A stretch of DNA of 64,000 nucleotides from Candidatus Latescibacterota bacterium (GTDB taxonomy: Bacteria; Latescibacterota; UBA2968; UBA8231): contig OY730476.1 of assembly GCA_963422735.1 (NCBI GenBank), forward strand, positions 992,001 to 1,056,000, given 5' to 3'. Position numbers and translations under genes: made by a program. The notes under the pieces were generated by a model, which had not been told where the DNA came from, made no database searches, and saw nothing but the letters and a program-made list of their open reading frames with translations. Positions 48,507 to 58,700 of this stretch are shown here, in pieces. Every line of letters starts with the position of its first letter. The stretch's first letter is position 1.

Positions 48507-49391
48507 TTAGGCGTACAGCCCGAATGTGCTAGCTGCCAACCAGAGCAGAGTGTTGACCTGCAAGGGCCGATCATTCCAGACGACTGCCGTCGGGTCGTCT
48601 CCCAGCCCTCGGTGGTACACAAGATAGAGATAGCGCAACACGCCGTAGAGCACAAAAGGGATCGTCCACTGCATTTGCGCGTCTTCTGCATCGCCCACCC
48701 CCATTGCGTACAGCGCATAGCAGACCATAGTCACGGCAGAAAGGACGGCGATCATTTGGTCGAGAAAAGGTACGCTGTATTCTTCGAGGATGGCGCGGTG
48801 ATCCGCGGCCGCATCCGCCAGTTGTACGATCTCCTGTCGGCGCTTGACCGCAGCCACGAAGAGCACCAGTGCGAAGATACAGACGATAAACCAAGTGGAA
48901 ATAGACACCTCGATGACCACGCCACCGCCGACGGCGCGCAGCAGGTAACATGCGGCCACGATCAGCACATCCACCAAGACCACGTGCTTAAGCCGGAGCG
49001 AGTACGCCGCGTTGAGCACCGCGTAGAGCGCGGCCACCCACCACAAATGGGGGTGCAGCCAAAATGCACAGGCCAACGCAAGGGCCAACGCGACCAAAGC
49101 CGCCCCCCATGCCAACGCGAGGGATAAGTGGCCGGCGGCAATCGGCCGGCGGCACTTCTCGGGATGCAGGCGGTCGTACTGGCGGTCGAAGATGTCGTTG
49201 AACAAATAGACGCTCCCGCTCAACAGAACGAAGCAGAGGGCCGCCCCTAAGCTGCGTACTAGGTAGGGAATTTCAAAAAGATGCTCGGAAAAAACGAGGG
49301 CGGGAAAGACGAAGATATTCTTGATCCACTGCCGGGGGCGCATGGACCACAGGATGTAGTAGAGCAACAAAACAGGGCTATGCTTCTGCAC
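48507..49391 (-). CDS. UbiA-family decaprenyl-phosphate phosphoribosyltransferase-like protein
   Basis: MRPRQWIKN, YLFNDIFDRQYDRLHPEKCRRPIAAG and KRRQE. Confidence 0.88.
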   Translation of the reverse strand: MQKHSPVLLLYYILWSMRPRQWIKNIFVFPALVFSEHLFEIPYLVRSLGAALCFVLLSGSVYLFNDIFDRQYDRLHPEKCRRPIAAGHLSLALAWGAALVALALALACAFWLHPHLWWVAALYAVLNAAYSLRLKHVVLVDVLIVAACYLLRAVGGGVVIEVSISTWFIVCIFALVLFVAAVKRRQEIVQLADAAADHRAILEEYSVPFLDQMIAVLSAVTMVCYALYAMGVGDAEDAQMQWTIPFVLYGVLRYLYLVYHRGLGDDPTAVVWNDRPLQVNTLLWLAASTFGLYA

Positions 49392-49411
49392 AACCGGAGA
49401 GCAGAGGTCGT

Positions 49412-49972
49412 TTAGACCTCCATGATCTCCTTTTCCTTGTTCTCGATGATCCCATCAATAGAGGCTACGTATTCAGCAGTCAACTCCTGCACTCTTTTCT
49501 GTGCGCTGCGCGATTCGTCTTCAGAGATGTCCCCGTCCTTTTGGGCTTGCTGGAGCAGGTCTATCCCGTCGCGCCGCGCATGTCGCACCGCGACCCGTCC
49601 CTCCTCGGCTCGGTGCCGGGCGACTTTGGTGATTTCCACCCGCCGCTCCTCGGTCAGCTCGGGAATGGGCAGCCGGACGATGGTGCCGTCGTTGGCCGGG
49701 TTAAGCCCCAAGCTCTTGTCGGCGAGGATGGCCTTTTCAATCGCGGGAATCAAGGCCGCCTCCCAAGGCTTAATCACCAACAAGCGCGGCTCGGGGACGC
49801 TGATCGTCGCCACTTGGTTGAGCGACGTCTGTTGGCCGTAGTAATCCACCCGCACGTTGTCGAGCATGGCGGCCGAGGCCCTTCCTGTGCGGATAGAGGC
49901 TAAGTCGCGGCGCAGAGACTCGATGGCCTTGTCCATACTCTCTTTTACTGTTTCAATGACCTCTTCCAACAT
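49412..49972 (-). CDS. frr: Ribosome recycling factor
   Basis: IRTGRAS, PELTEERR and KEKEIM. Confidence 0.97.
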   Translation of the reverse strand: MLEEVIETVKESMDKAIESLRRDLASIRTGRASAAMLDNVRVDYYGQQTSLNQVATISVPEPRLLVIKPWEAALIPAIEKAILADKSLGLNPANDGTIVRLPIPELTEERRVEITKVARHRAEEGRVAVRHARRDGIDLLQQAQKDGDISEDESRSAQKRVQELTAEYVASIDGIIENKEKEIMEV

Positions 49973-49990
49973 GGCGGCCTCAATGTGCTT

Positions 49991-50593
49991 TCAGGCGTCT
50001 TCTCCCAAGACGAACCGCTCAAAGCGCCGCACGGTAATTTTTTCGCCGATTTTGGCGGTTATCTCGGTGACTAATTCGCCAATGGTCTGGTCGGGATTTT
50101 TGACGAAGACCTGTTCCATTAGGCAATTTTCCTGATAGAACTTCTCCATGCGGCCCTCGACGATTTTCTCGGCAATGTGCTCGGGCTTGCCCTCGTTTTT
50201 GGCCTGTTCGAGGTAGATGGCCCGCTCCCTTTCCACGGTGTCGGCGGGAATGCCCTCCCGATCAACCGCCAAAGGCTGGGAGGCGGCAATGTGCATAGCC
50301 ACATCCTTGGCGAACTCTTGGAAGTCGTCGGTGCGGGCGACAAAATCGGTTTCGCAGTTGACCTCTATTAGCACGCCGAGGCGGCTGCCCTGGTGAATAT
50401 ACGCTTGGATCAGGCCCTCGCTGGCGTCGCGACCGGCCCGCTTCTCCACGGCAGACAGGCCTTGCTTGCGCAAATACTCAATGGCCTTTTCGCTGTCGCC
50501 ACCCGTCTCTTGTAGGGCCTTCTTGCAATCCATCATGCCCAAGCCCGTCTTCTGCCGAAGCATCCGTACGCTTTGTGCGGTAATTTGAGTCAT
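49991..50593 (-). CDS. tsf: Elongation factor Ts (short form)
   Basis: GMMDCKKAL and EVNCETDFVA. Confidence 0.97.
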   Translation of the reverse strand: MTQITAQSVRMLRQKTGLGMMDCKKALQETGGDSEKAIEYLRKQGLSAVEKRAGRDASEGLIQAYIHQGSRLGVLIEVNCETDFVARTDDFQEFAKDVAMHIAASQPLAVDREGIPADTVERERAIYLEQAKNEGKPEHIAEKIVEGRMEKFYQENCLMEQVFVKNPDQTIGELVTEITAKIGEKITVRRFERFVLGEDA

Positions 50594-50624
50594 CGTCGTT
50601 TGCTTTCAAAAGTGGTTGATCTGG

Positions 50625-51398
50625 CTATGCGGTGGCCTCGGCTACATCCGTCGGGGTTTCTTCTTCGGTTCTTACGGCCTCTTGCTTGTCGTCGCGGGCC
50701 GCCTTCTCCGCCTCCGCCTCCGCCCTGCCCTCAATCACCGCGTCAGCGATGAGGCGCGTGATGAGAGAGATCGAGTGGATGGCGTCGTCGTTGCCGGGGA
50801 TCGGATAGGTCACCAAATCGGGGTCGCAGTTGGTATCGACGATGGCCACCGAAGGAATGCCTAGCTTGGCCGCCTCGCGCACTGCGATGTGCTCTTTCTT
50901 GATGTCTATGATAAAGACTAAGCCGGGCAAACCACCCATGTTGCGGATGCCGGCCAAGGTCCGCTGGAGCCGGGCGCGCTCCTTTTCGAGCAGCAGGACC
51001 TCTTTTTTCTTGAGGTTCTCGTAAGTGCCGTCGGTTGAGATGCGGTCGAGATGCTCTAGGTGCCGAATGCTCTGGCGAATGGTCTGCCAGTTGGTCAACA
51101 TCCCGCCGAGCCAGCGCTCGGTGACGTGAAACATGCCACAGCGTTCGGCTTCCTGCCGCACGAGATCAGCGGCCTGTTTCTTCGTGCCGACAAAGAACAC
51201 GGCGCGTCCGGCGCGCACCGTCTGCCGCACGGCCTCGCAAGCGGCTTCGACCTTGCCGACCGTCTTTTGCAGATCAATGATGTGGATGCCGTTGCGCTCG
51301 GTGAAGATGTAGGGCCGCATTTTGGGGTTCCAACGCCGAGTCTGGTGCCCGAAGTGGGTCCCGGCTTCCAGCAAATCGCGGATGGTGAAGTCTGCCAT
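50625..51398 (-). CDS. rpsB: 30S ribosomal protein S2
   Basis: [25 protein letters not shown] and IPGNDDA. Confidence 0.98.
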   Translation of the reverse strand: MADFTIRDLLEAGTHFGHQTRRWNPKMRPYIFTERNGIHIIDLQKTVGKVEAACEAVRQTVRAGRAVFFVGTKKQAADLVRQEAERCGMFHVTERWLGGMLTNWQTIRQSIRHLEHLDRISTDGTYENLKKKEVLLLEKERARLQRTLAGIRNMGGLPGLVFIIDIKKEHIAVREAAKLGIPSVAIVDTNCDPDLVTYPIPGNDDAIHSISLITRLIADAVIEGRAEAEAEKAARDDKQEAVRTEEETPTDVAEATA

Positions 51399-51521
51399 GA
51401 TCGCTCCTAAATGTTAGTTGGACCTCCGCCCCCCTCATCTACACACAGAAGCCCCGCAGACGCCGGACGCCCACGGGACACTCTCTGCCGTGCATCGGGA
51501 AACGTGTGTATTGGGATGGGA
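51399..51521 (-). promoter_or_regulatory. rpsB leader, t44/S2-autoregulatory RNA-like
   Basis: TACACAC...GTGTGTA long stem and GGAGGT-x-AAC element before the RBS; recognised by eye. Confidence 0.55.
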
Positions 51522-51914
51522 CTAGCGCTTGGAGAATTGGAAGCGCTTGCGCGCACCAGCCAATCCGTACTTCTTGCGTTCTTTCTCGCGGGCATCGCGC
51601 ATCAGAAAGCCGCCTTTCTTTAACACCTCCCGCTTCTGCGGGTCGTACTGTAACAAGGCGCGGGCAATGCCGAGGCAGGCGGCACCGGCTTGGCCGCGCA
51701 GACCGCCGCCACGGGTGGAAATGTGGATATCGAAAGTGTGCCGAGTCTCGGTCAGATCCAGAGGCTGTACGAGAATCATCTCTAGGGAATCCCGGCGCAG
51801 GTATTCGCCGACAGCGCGACCGTTCACGTAAATACTACCATTGCCGAGTTGCAGACGCACTCGGGCTACCGAGGTCTTTCTACGGCCGGTCGCTTCGTAG
51901 CTTTCTAAGGGCAT
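51522..51914 (-). CDS. rpsI: 30S ribosomal protein S9
   Basis: TGRRKTS, GGGLRGQA and ERKKYG...FQFSKR. Confidence 0.98.
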   Translation of the reverse strand: MPLESYEATGRRKTSVARVRLQLGNGSIYVNGRAVGEYLRRDSLEMILVQPLDLTETRHTFDIHISTRGGGLRGQAGAACLGIARALLQYDPQKREVLKKGGFLMRDAREKERKKYGLAGARKRFQFSKR

Positions 51915-51931
51915 GGGCGCGTTGCCTTTGC

Positions 51932-52366
51932 TTAAAGTTCGAGAAGTTGGGGATTTTGCGCTTGGTGCCGATGCTCACCGCCGACATAGACGCGGAGCTT
52001 CTTTAGCTGCATCCGGCCCAATTTGGTGTGCGGCAGCATGCCCCGCACGGCCTTGCGGATGATCCGATCGGGATGCCGCTCGGCCATGCGGCTATAGGGA
52101 GTGACCCGCAAGCCACCTGGATAGCCGGTGTGGCGATAATAGACCTTCTTTTTGGCCTTGTCGCCCGTTACTCGCACCTTGTCGGCATGAATCACGATGA
52201 CGTGGTCGCCGATATCGGCATGCGGAGCGTATTCGGGCTTGCCCTTGCCGCGCAGTACTTGGGCAATTTCCGAAGCTAGCCGCCCTAGGACCTTGTCGGT
52301 GGCATCGACCACGAACCACTGCCGTTTGATTTCGCCCGCTTTAGGGGCGTAAGTAATATCGTTCAT
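51932..52366 (-). CDS. rplM: 50S ribosomal protein L13
   Basis: WFVVDA...LGRLAS, YYRHTGYPGG and AVRGMLP. Confidence 0.98.
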   Translation of the reverse strand: MNDITYAPKAGEIKRQWFVVDATDKVLGRLASEIAQVLRGKGKPEYAPHADIGDHVIVIHADKVRVTGDKAKKKVYYRHTGYPGGLRVTPYSRMAERHPDRIIRKAVRGMLPHTKLGRMQLKKLRVYVGGEHRHQAQNPQLLEL

Positions 52367-52421
52367 CGTCTTTTCTTCGGATAAGATTATATATCGACTT
52401 ATATAGAAATAGAAACCGGCT

Positions 52422-52450
52422 AATTTAAGCCCTCTATCCGTCCTTGTCAA
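52422..52450 (-). promoter_or_regulatory. Sigma70 promoter of rplM-rpsI
   Basis: TTGACA-N17-TAAATT. Confidence 0.65.
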
Positions 52451-53055
52451 GGCTGAGCCACTCGCCGCTTGCGCCACCAGCGCCAGAGTAGCACCGCCCC
52501 CACCAAGCACAGTATCCCCACCAATAATCTATTGTATTGCGCGATCAGTGCAGTGACCTGCTCCCAGTTCTCGCCCACCAAAAACCCGGCGTAGAGCAGC
52601 AATCCGTTCCAAACCGCCATGCTGATCGAGCCGCAGAGCACAACGGTTGGCCAAGACATGCGCCCCAGACCAGCACCGATGGCGATGACCGACCGAATGC
52701 CGCTTAAAAATCTGTTGCCTAGAATAAGCGCGACGCCGTAGCGATTGAGCCACCGCTCGGCTTGGGCCAGCTTCGCCGTGCCCCGACGCCCCGCAAAAAA
52801 GGCGCGACCCCGGCTATAGCCCAAATAGTACATGACTAAAAAGCCTGCCATGCCTCCGGTACAAGTACAAAGGAAAACCGGCCATATATCCAAAAGGCCG
52901 CGCCCCACCAAATAGGCGCTAAACACCACCACTGTATCGCCCGGTATGGGCGGCACGATATTCTCTAAAAAGGCACTCAGCAACAAGATGCCATACGCCC
53001 ACAGCGGATCGACTCCAGACAGGACCGCGAGTAGAGATTCCAAATAGGCCGCCAT
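52447..53055 (-). CDS. DedA family membrane protein
   Basis: LENIVPPIPGD and NRFLSGIR...AG. Confidence 0.92.
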   Translation of the reverse strand: MAAYLESLLAVLSGVDPLWAYGILLLSAFLENIVPPIPGDTVVVFSAYLVGRGLLDIWPVFLCTCTGGMAGFLVMYYLGYSRGRAFFAGRRGTAKLAQAERWLNRYGVALILGNRFLSGIRSVIAIGAGLGRMSWPTVVLCGSISMAVWNGLLLYAGFLVGENWEQVTALIAQYNRLLVGILCLVGAVLLWRWWRKRRVAQP

Positions 53056-53058
53056 ACT

Positions 53059-54225
53059 TTAGAGTGCTAAAAGGGCCACGGCTTGGGCTTCCATACCCTC
53101 CTCGCGCCCGACGAACCCCAAGCGCTCGGTCGTTGTGGCCTTGAGCGAAACCTGCCCCACCTCTAGGCCCAAAGTCGCAGCTAGCGTTTGGCGCATCGCT
53201 GCTATGTGCGGTACCAGTTTGGGTTGCTGAGCCGCGACGACGGCGTCAATGTGCAGGACCCGCGCCCCTCGTTCCGCCATCAGGGTGCCGACCCGTTCGA
53301 GCAGCACCAAGCTCGATATATCCTTGTACTGCGCGTCCGATTCGGGGAAGAGCTGGCCGATATCTCCGGCCGCCAAGGCACCCAAGAGCGCGTCGATTAT
53401 GGCATGTGTCAGCACATCCGCGTCCGAGTGGCCTGCCAATCCTCGAGCAAAGGGCACGACGACCCCACCCAAAATTAGGGGCCGCCCTTCCTCCAAGCGA
53501 TGCACATCGTAGCCCTGTCCTATGCGCAAGCCCATAGCAGGCACCTCCTCCCTTGCGCGCACTCGCCACTCGGCCCAAGCCAGATCCTCGGGCGTGGTGA
53601 GCTTGCGGTTGTCGGCCTCGCCGGGCACTACGCAAACCGAGTGGCCCAGCCGCTCGACCAGCGCGGCGTCGTCGGTGGCCACTGCGTCGGTCCCAACCGC
53701 GTGGTACGCTCTTAGGAGCAACTCGCGGTCAAATCCCTGCGGGGTCTGCGCCTGCCACAGCCGCTCGCGGCGCGGCGTGCTGACGACCCGGCCGGCTGCT
53801 ACTTCCTTGATCGTCTCTACCACCGGCAAAGCGGGCAGTGCTGCTCCGTGCTCGCGGGCGGCGGTGACCACCCTCTCCAACAGCCCCTCCGAAATAAACG
53901 GCCGCACGGCGTCGTGTACCAAGACCATATCGGCGAGGGTCTCCTGCAGGCCCCGATACACGGATACGCTGCGCTCAGCACCCCCGGGCACAAGGGCGGC
54001 GACCTTGGAAAAGTCTCCACTCGCGCTCAATTGGCGGCGGCAATAGTCCACGTCCTCGCACCGCACGACCAAGACGATATCGGTCACCAGTGGGCTAGCT
54101 TCGAGGCGCGCGAGTACGTGCCAGAGTACGGGCCGGCCCCCTAACGGGAGGTACTGCTTGGGCCGATCTCCTCCCATGCGCTGCCCCCGGCCACCGGCCG
54201 GAACGATGGCGGTTATGCGTTCCAC
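53059..54225 (-). CDS. ispDF: Bifunctional IspD/IspF
   Basis: AGGRGQRM...PKQY, HDAVRP and QTPQ, then GQGYDVH, HSDADV and KATTTE. Confidence 0.95.
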   Translation of the reverse strand: MERITAIVPAGGRGQRMGGDRPKQYLPLGGRPVLWHVLARLEASPLVTDIVLVVRCEDVDYCRRQLSASGDFSKVAALVPGGAERSVSVYRGLQETLADMVLVHDAVRPFISEGLLERVVTAAREHGAALPALPVVETIKEVAAGRVVSTPRRERLWQAQTPQGFDRELLLRAYHAVGTDAVATDDAALVERLGHSVCVVPGEADNRKLTTPEDLAWAEWRVRAREEVPAMGLRIGQGYDVHRLEEGRPLILGGVVVPFARGLAGHSDADVLTHAIIDALLGALAAGDIGQLFPESDAQYKDISSLVLLERVGTLMAERGARVLHIDAVVAAQQPKLVPHIAAMRQTLAATLGLEVGQVSLKATTTERLGFVGREEGMEAQAVALLAL

Positions 54226-54229
54226 AGCG

Positions 54230-55258
54230 TCACACTATCATCATAGCATCGCCATAGCTATAAAAGCGATAGCCTCGCTCTATGGCCTCGCGGTAGGCGG
54301 CCAAAAGCCGTTTCCGGCCGACGAAGGCCGCCACGAGCAACAACAGGCTCGAGCGCGGCAAGTGAAAGTTCGTCACCAACCTATCGACCGCTTTGAATGC
54401 GTAGGGTGGATAGATAAACGCATCGGCAAATCCCCCGCAGGCACACACATTGCCCTCGGCATCAACGCTCGACTCCAAGGTCCGCACCACAGTAGTACCG
54501 ACAGCGACGACGCGCCCACCACTGGCGCGGCAACGTCTGAGCGCGTCTGCCACCGACTCGTCGATTTCGCAGTATTCGGGATCGAGCAAATGCTGGCGCG
54601 GATCGGCGCAGCGCACCGGCTCGAATGTGCCCGGCCCCACGTGCAGGAGCACCTTCAGGACTGCCACGCCCTTGGCTGTGATCGCAGCAATTAACTGAGG
54701 GGTAAAGTGCAAACCAGCCGTGGGCGCAGCAACGGCTCCCGGACGCGCCGCATAGATGGTCTGATAACGCTCCCGGTCCGCGGCCTCGGGTGAACGCCGA
54801 ATATAGGGAGGCAGCGGTACTTCCCCGAACTCCTCCAGCCAGGCTAGCACGTCCTCGACGTCAAAGCGTACGCGGAACCGCCCCGGTGCAACTTGCTCGA
54901 CGATGTGCGCTTCCACTGCTCCGTCGCCAAACTCCAACTGCGTCTTTGGTTTTAAGCTCCGACCGGGTCGCCCCATAGCCAGCCAATCGCCTGCAGTTAG
55001 CGGCCTAAGCAGCAGCAGTTCAACCCGGCTCCCGGTAGCAGCTTTACGGCCCCTGAGCCGAGCCGGTACGACCTGTGTTTGATTCAATACTAGGGCGTCA
55101 CCGGGCGCAAGCTGATCGACGATGGCACCAAAGCGCAGGTGCTGCAATGAGCCATCCGCCCGGTTCAACAGCAAGAGGCGCGCTTGATCGCGCTTGGGCG
55201 GCGGCCGTTGGGCGATCAGGGCATCGGGCAGGTCAAAATCGTAGTCCACCAATTGCAT
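54230..55258 (-). CDS. queA: S-adenosylmethionine:tRNA ribosyltransferase-isomerase
   Basis: PLPPYI, AAPTAGLHF, TNFHLPRS and FYSYGDAM. Confidence 0.97.
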   Translation of the reverse strand: MQLVDYDFDLPDALIAQRPPPKRDQARLLLLNRADGSLQHLRFGAIVDQLAPGDALVLNQTQVVPARLRGRKAATGSRVELLLLRPLTAGDWLAMGRPGRSLKPKTQLEFGDGAVEAHIVEQVAPGRFRVRFDVEDVLAWLEEFGEVPLPPYIRRSPEAADRERYQTIYAARPGAVAAPTAGLHFTPQLIAAITAKGVAVLKVLLHVGPGTFEPVRCADPRQHLLDPEYCEIDESVADALRRCRASGGRVVAVGTTVVRTLESSVDAEGNVCACGGFADAFIYPPYAFKAVDRLVTNFHLPRSSLLLLVAAFVGRKRLLAAYREAIERGYRFYSYGDAMMIV

Positions 55259-55272
55259 CGAGCAGTGCCAAC

Positions 55273-55980
55273 CTATCCCCTAGGCCAAGTAGGACGCCAC
55301 CGCGCATAGCGAAAAATGGTCCAGATAATTTTGTATCCGGCTCGCAGCGCGCCGCTGAGCGTGCCGCTGATCTTGGAGGTGCCTATGCGGCGGCGGTAGC
55401 GCACGGGCACTTCGGCTGTACGCAGACCCAGCCGAGCGGCTTTGACCTGCATCTCCGCGGTCCAGCCAAAGTTGCGGTCCTGCATCTCAAGCCGCATGAG
55501 CGCGTCGTAGCGCAATGCGCGGAAAGGCCCCAAATCCGTAAAATTGACGCCTAACAAAAGGCGAATTAAGAAGGTAGCCAACCAGTTGCCAAAACGGGCC
55601 TGGGGCAAAAGAGCCCCCTTTTCTCGTTGGCCCAAGACCCGCGAGCCAATAACCATATCGGCGCGGCCGGCGACGAGCGGACGTACTAGAGCCGGCATGT
55701 CCTCGGGGTAATCGCTGTAATCTCCGTCTAGGAAGACGACGATATCTGGACTCTCGAGATGGGCCATGCCCGCCAGACAGGCTTGGCCGTAGCCGCGGCG
55801 CGGCTCGCCGACGACACAGGCCCCCAAGCGGCGGGCCACCTCGGCGGTGCGGTCGCTGGAGCCATTATCGACGACGATGATCTGCTGTGCGATGTCCGGT
55901 ATGTCTTGCAGCAGTTTGCCGATGGCTTCTTCTTCGTCGCAGGCGGGAATGACGACGGCAATGGCAGGCGGAGAGTCCAT
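55273..55980 (-). CDS. Glycosyltransferase family 2
   Basis: VIPA, VVDNGSSD, FLDGDYSD, DLGPFRA and SKISGT. Confidence 0.92.
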   Translation of the reverse strand: MDSPPAIAVVIPACDEEEAIGKLLQDIPDIAQQIIVVDNGSSDRTAEVARRLGACVVGEPRRGYGQACLAGMAHLESPDIVVFLDGDYSDYPEDMPALVRPLVAGRADMVIGSRVLGQREKGALLPQARFGNWLATFLIRLLLGVNFTDLGPFRALRYDALMRLEMQDRNFGWTAEMQVKAARLGLRTAEVPVRYRRRIGTSKISGTLSGALRAGYKIIWTIFRYARWRPTWPRG

Positions 55981-56008
55981 GCGCTGAGCACCGCAGGTAA
56001 AGTGCTGT

Positions 56009-56839
56009 CTAGAGGTTTTCCTCCAACCAGAGGAAGAACATCGCCTGCGCCTCGGCGATATTGTCGAGCAATGCAACGCCGTGGTCGGCTGAGTCTGGAA
56101 AAACGCGCAGATCTTTTGGCTCGGCCGTCTGCGCTTCTAGGCTGCGAGCGAAATCGGCATAGCTGAGCATGACGTCCCCAGCCTGAATTTGATCCTGATC
56201 GCTCGCCATAAAGAGCATGGACCGCGGGCCAAACGACTCGTGGCCAGCCCCGATGACCAACGGCTCTAGCGAAGAGGTCCCCCATAGCCCAGGCGAGAGG
56301 GAGACGCCGGTTTTTATTAGCTCGGGGAAAATGCCCGAACTCACGTAGGCCACATTCCCCCCCGAGCCAGTGCCCACTACCGCAATGCGGCTGACATCGA
56401 CTTGAGACTGGCTCGGCAGCCAGACCAGCGCGGCGTGGACGTCGAAAAAGCTCTGTTCCAGATCCACCAATTCCAAGACCTGCCGATCATCGGGCAGCGG
56501 GGTTTCGCCGTGCCCACGCATGTCAATGGCCAAAACGACGTAGCCGCGCTCTAGCAAGGCCACAAACGTGTCGGTATTGTTCAACCAATCGGATTTGCTC
56601 CCCCTCAGATCGTGCAGGAGGATTACCACCGGCAGCGATTCGCCAGCCTGCGACGTGCCAAAAAGTGCGCTCACCTCGACGCCGTCATTGGACGGGAAGC
56701 TAACGGCTGAAATGGCATAGGCCCGGCCCGGGCCTTCGGGCAGACCGGGGCCGACGATCTGTAACTCCTCGTCCGAGTCGCTGCACCCCGCAACCACAGC
56801 GGCGAACACCCAAACCCACCTGCACAGTATCTTGCTCAT
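56009..56839 (-). CDS. Alpha/beta hydrolase-fold lipoprotein
   Basis: VAGC lipobox; LLHD, DMRGHGET, GTGSGG and C-terminal HG. Confidence 0.85.
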   Translation of the reverse strand: MSKILCRWVWVFAAVVAGCSDSDEELQIVGPGLPEGPGRAYAISAVSFPSNDGVEVSALFGTSQAGESLPVVILLHDLRGSKSDWLNNTDTFVALLERGYVVLAIDMRGHGETPLPDDRQVLELVDLEQSFFDVHAALVWLPSQSQVDVSRIAVVGTGSGGNVAYVSSGIFPELIKTGVSLSPGLWGTSSLEPLVIGAGHESFGPRSMLFMASDQDQIQAGDVMLSYADFARSLEAQTAEPKDLRVFPDSADHGVALLDNIAEAQAMFFLWLEENL

Positions 56840-56957
56840 AACGCCATATCCTCGCCAAAAGCGCGTTGGGAGCACCCTCAATTGGCAACGCTCCTGATTC
56901 TCGTAACTCCTTGAATTTGAATAAACAATCTCCCCCTCTAGCTGTCAACTTGACGCC

Positions 56958-56986
56958 TTGACGGCAAAATTCTTTTGCCGTATGCT
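56958..56986 (+). promoter_or_regulatory. Sigma70 promoter containing a 21-bp palindrome upstream of ecfA
   Basis: TTGACG-N17-TATGCT; ACGGCAAAA-TTC-TTTTGCCGT at 56961-56981; ATG 8 nt after the -10 box with no SD. Confidence 0.7.
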
Positions 56987-56994
56987 GCCGTTTT

Positions 56995-58700
56995 ATGATC
57001 CGCGTCGAAAAACTCAGCCTTAGTTATCGCGAGGGCCTAGCCGCTTTGCGCTCCATTGACCTCCACATCAGCCCCGGGGAAGACATCGCCCTCATCGGTG
57101 CCAACGGCTCGGGCAAGACCACCCTCGCCTACTGCTTAAACGGACTGCAACAGCCCCAAGCGGGCCGGGTCCTCGTCAACGGCATGGACACCAGCGATCC
57201 GACTCAGATCCGCTCCATCCGCCAGCTAGTCGGCATGGTGTTTCAAAACCCAGACGATCAACTAGTCGGCACCACAGTCGCCGACGAATTGGCCTTTGGC
57301 TTGGAAAACCTAGCCCTAGCCAGCGATGAGATTCGCCACCGCGTCGAAGAAACACTCGTCGTTTTCGATCTCGGGGCCTATAGCCGCTATCCGCCGCACA
57401 AGCTCTCCGGCGGCGAGAAGCAGCGCGTGGCCATTGCCTCGGTGGTGGTGATGCGACCGCGCTATCTCATCTTGGACGAATCGACGGCCCTGCTCGACCC
57501 CGACGAAGACAGCAAGTAGCCGAGTTGCTCCAGCGGCTGCGCACTGCATACGGCATCGCGACGATACTCATAACCCAGTCCCCAGAAGAAGCCGCTCGCG
57601 CTAACCGCGTCATCATCCTCCATGCGGGCCATGTCCATGCGGACGGCCCCCCTGCCGCCCTCTTTGCCGACTCGCCCAAGCTCAGCGCCCTCGGCCTCGA
57701 CCTTCCCTTTGCAAGCGCGCTCGCCGTTCACTTGTCGCTGGCCGAGACCCACTTGGAGCTAGACGCCTTGTCCGACGCGCTGGCCGCGCTAAAACCACAA
57801 ACGCCCCTACCGCCTTGGACTCCGCCGCCACCGGCACCTCCAGCCCCGAGCAAACTAGCGGCCGAAAAGCTGACGCACCTCTACGACGAGCATCTGCCCA
57901 CCAAGCGGCGCGGTATCCGCGACATTACCATGGACGTCCCCACTGGAGCTGTCCTAGCCCTCGTGGGTACCAACGGCTCGGGCAAAACCACCCTCGCCCA
58001 GCACTTCAATGCCCTGCTCAGCCCCTCGCGCGGTCGCGCGCTCCTCGACGGCTGCGACATCGGCTCCCAGCCCCCAACTCGCGTACGCCAGCGCGTCGGC
58101 TTGACCTTCCAGTTTCCCGAACTCCAGCTCTTTGCCGAATCCGTAGCCGATGATGTGGCCTTTGGGCCGCGCAACCTCGGCTTTGCTCCCGAGCGCGTCG
58201 GTTGCCTCGTGGCTCGGGCACTCGCCATGGTGGATATGCCGCTGGAAGAATTCGGGCCGCGTCAGCCCCTCTCGTTGAGCGGGAGTGAAAGGCGTCGCGT
58301 CGCACTCGCCGGCGTCCTTGCCATGGACCCGGAGACCCTAGTGCTCGACGAACCAACCGCCGGCCTCGACCCCCAGACTACCGCCAGCTTGTGCCAGCTT
58401 TTCGCCGAGCTAGGCGGCCAAGGCCGCACCCTCGTGCTGATCAGCCACGATATGGAGCTAGTCGGCCGCCTAGCCACCCACGTAGTGGTTCTGTGCCAAG
58501 GACGCATCGAGCTACAAGGGCCGGCCCGCGCCGTGCTCGCCCATCCCGAATTCGGGTCTATCAGTGGACTTGTGCCCCCACAGTCCGTGCAGTTGGCTCG
58601 CCGACTGCGACAACGAGGCTTAGCCCTAGGCGGCGAGCCATTGACTTTGCGAGAAACCATCGACTGGCTCGCCCCACTCGTCGCCCTCTCCCATGTCTAA
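56995..58700 (+). pseudogene. Tandem (fused) ECF transporter ATPase EcfA-EcfA' split by a 1-nt frameshift
   Basis: Two Walker A motifs (GANGSGKT, GTNGSGKT) and FQNPDDQ/FQFPELQ; adding one base near 57508 gives a continuous LDPDE(R)QQVAELLQRL. Could be a sequencing error. Confidence 0.75.

Noticed and set aside
49991-50593. Short 200-aa EF-Ts as a truncation
   Set aside because: The short dimeric EF-Ts form is established in several phyla; both ends look intact.
53059-54225. IspD-IspF fusion as a novelty
   Set aside because: Bifunctional IspDF is well known in many bacteria.
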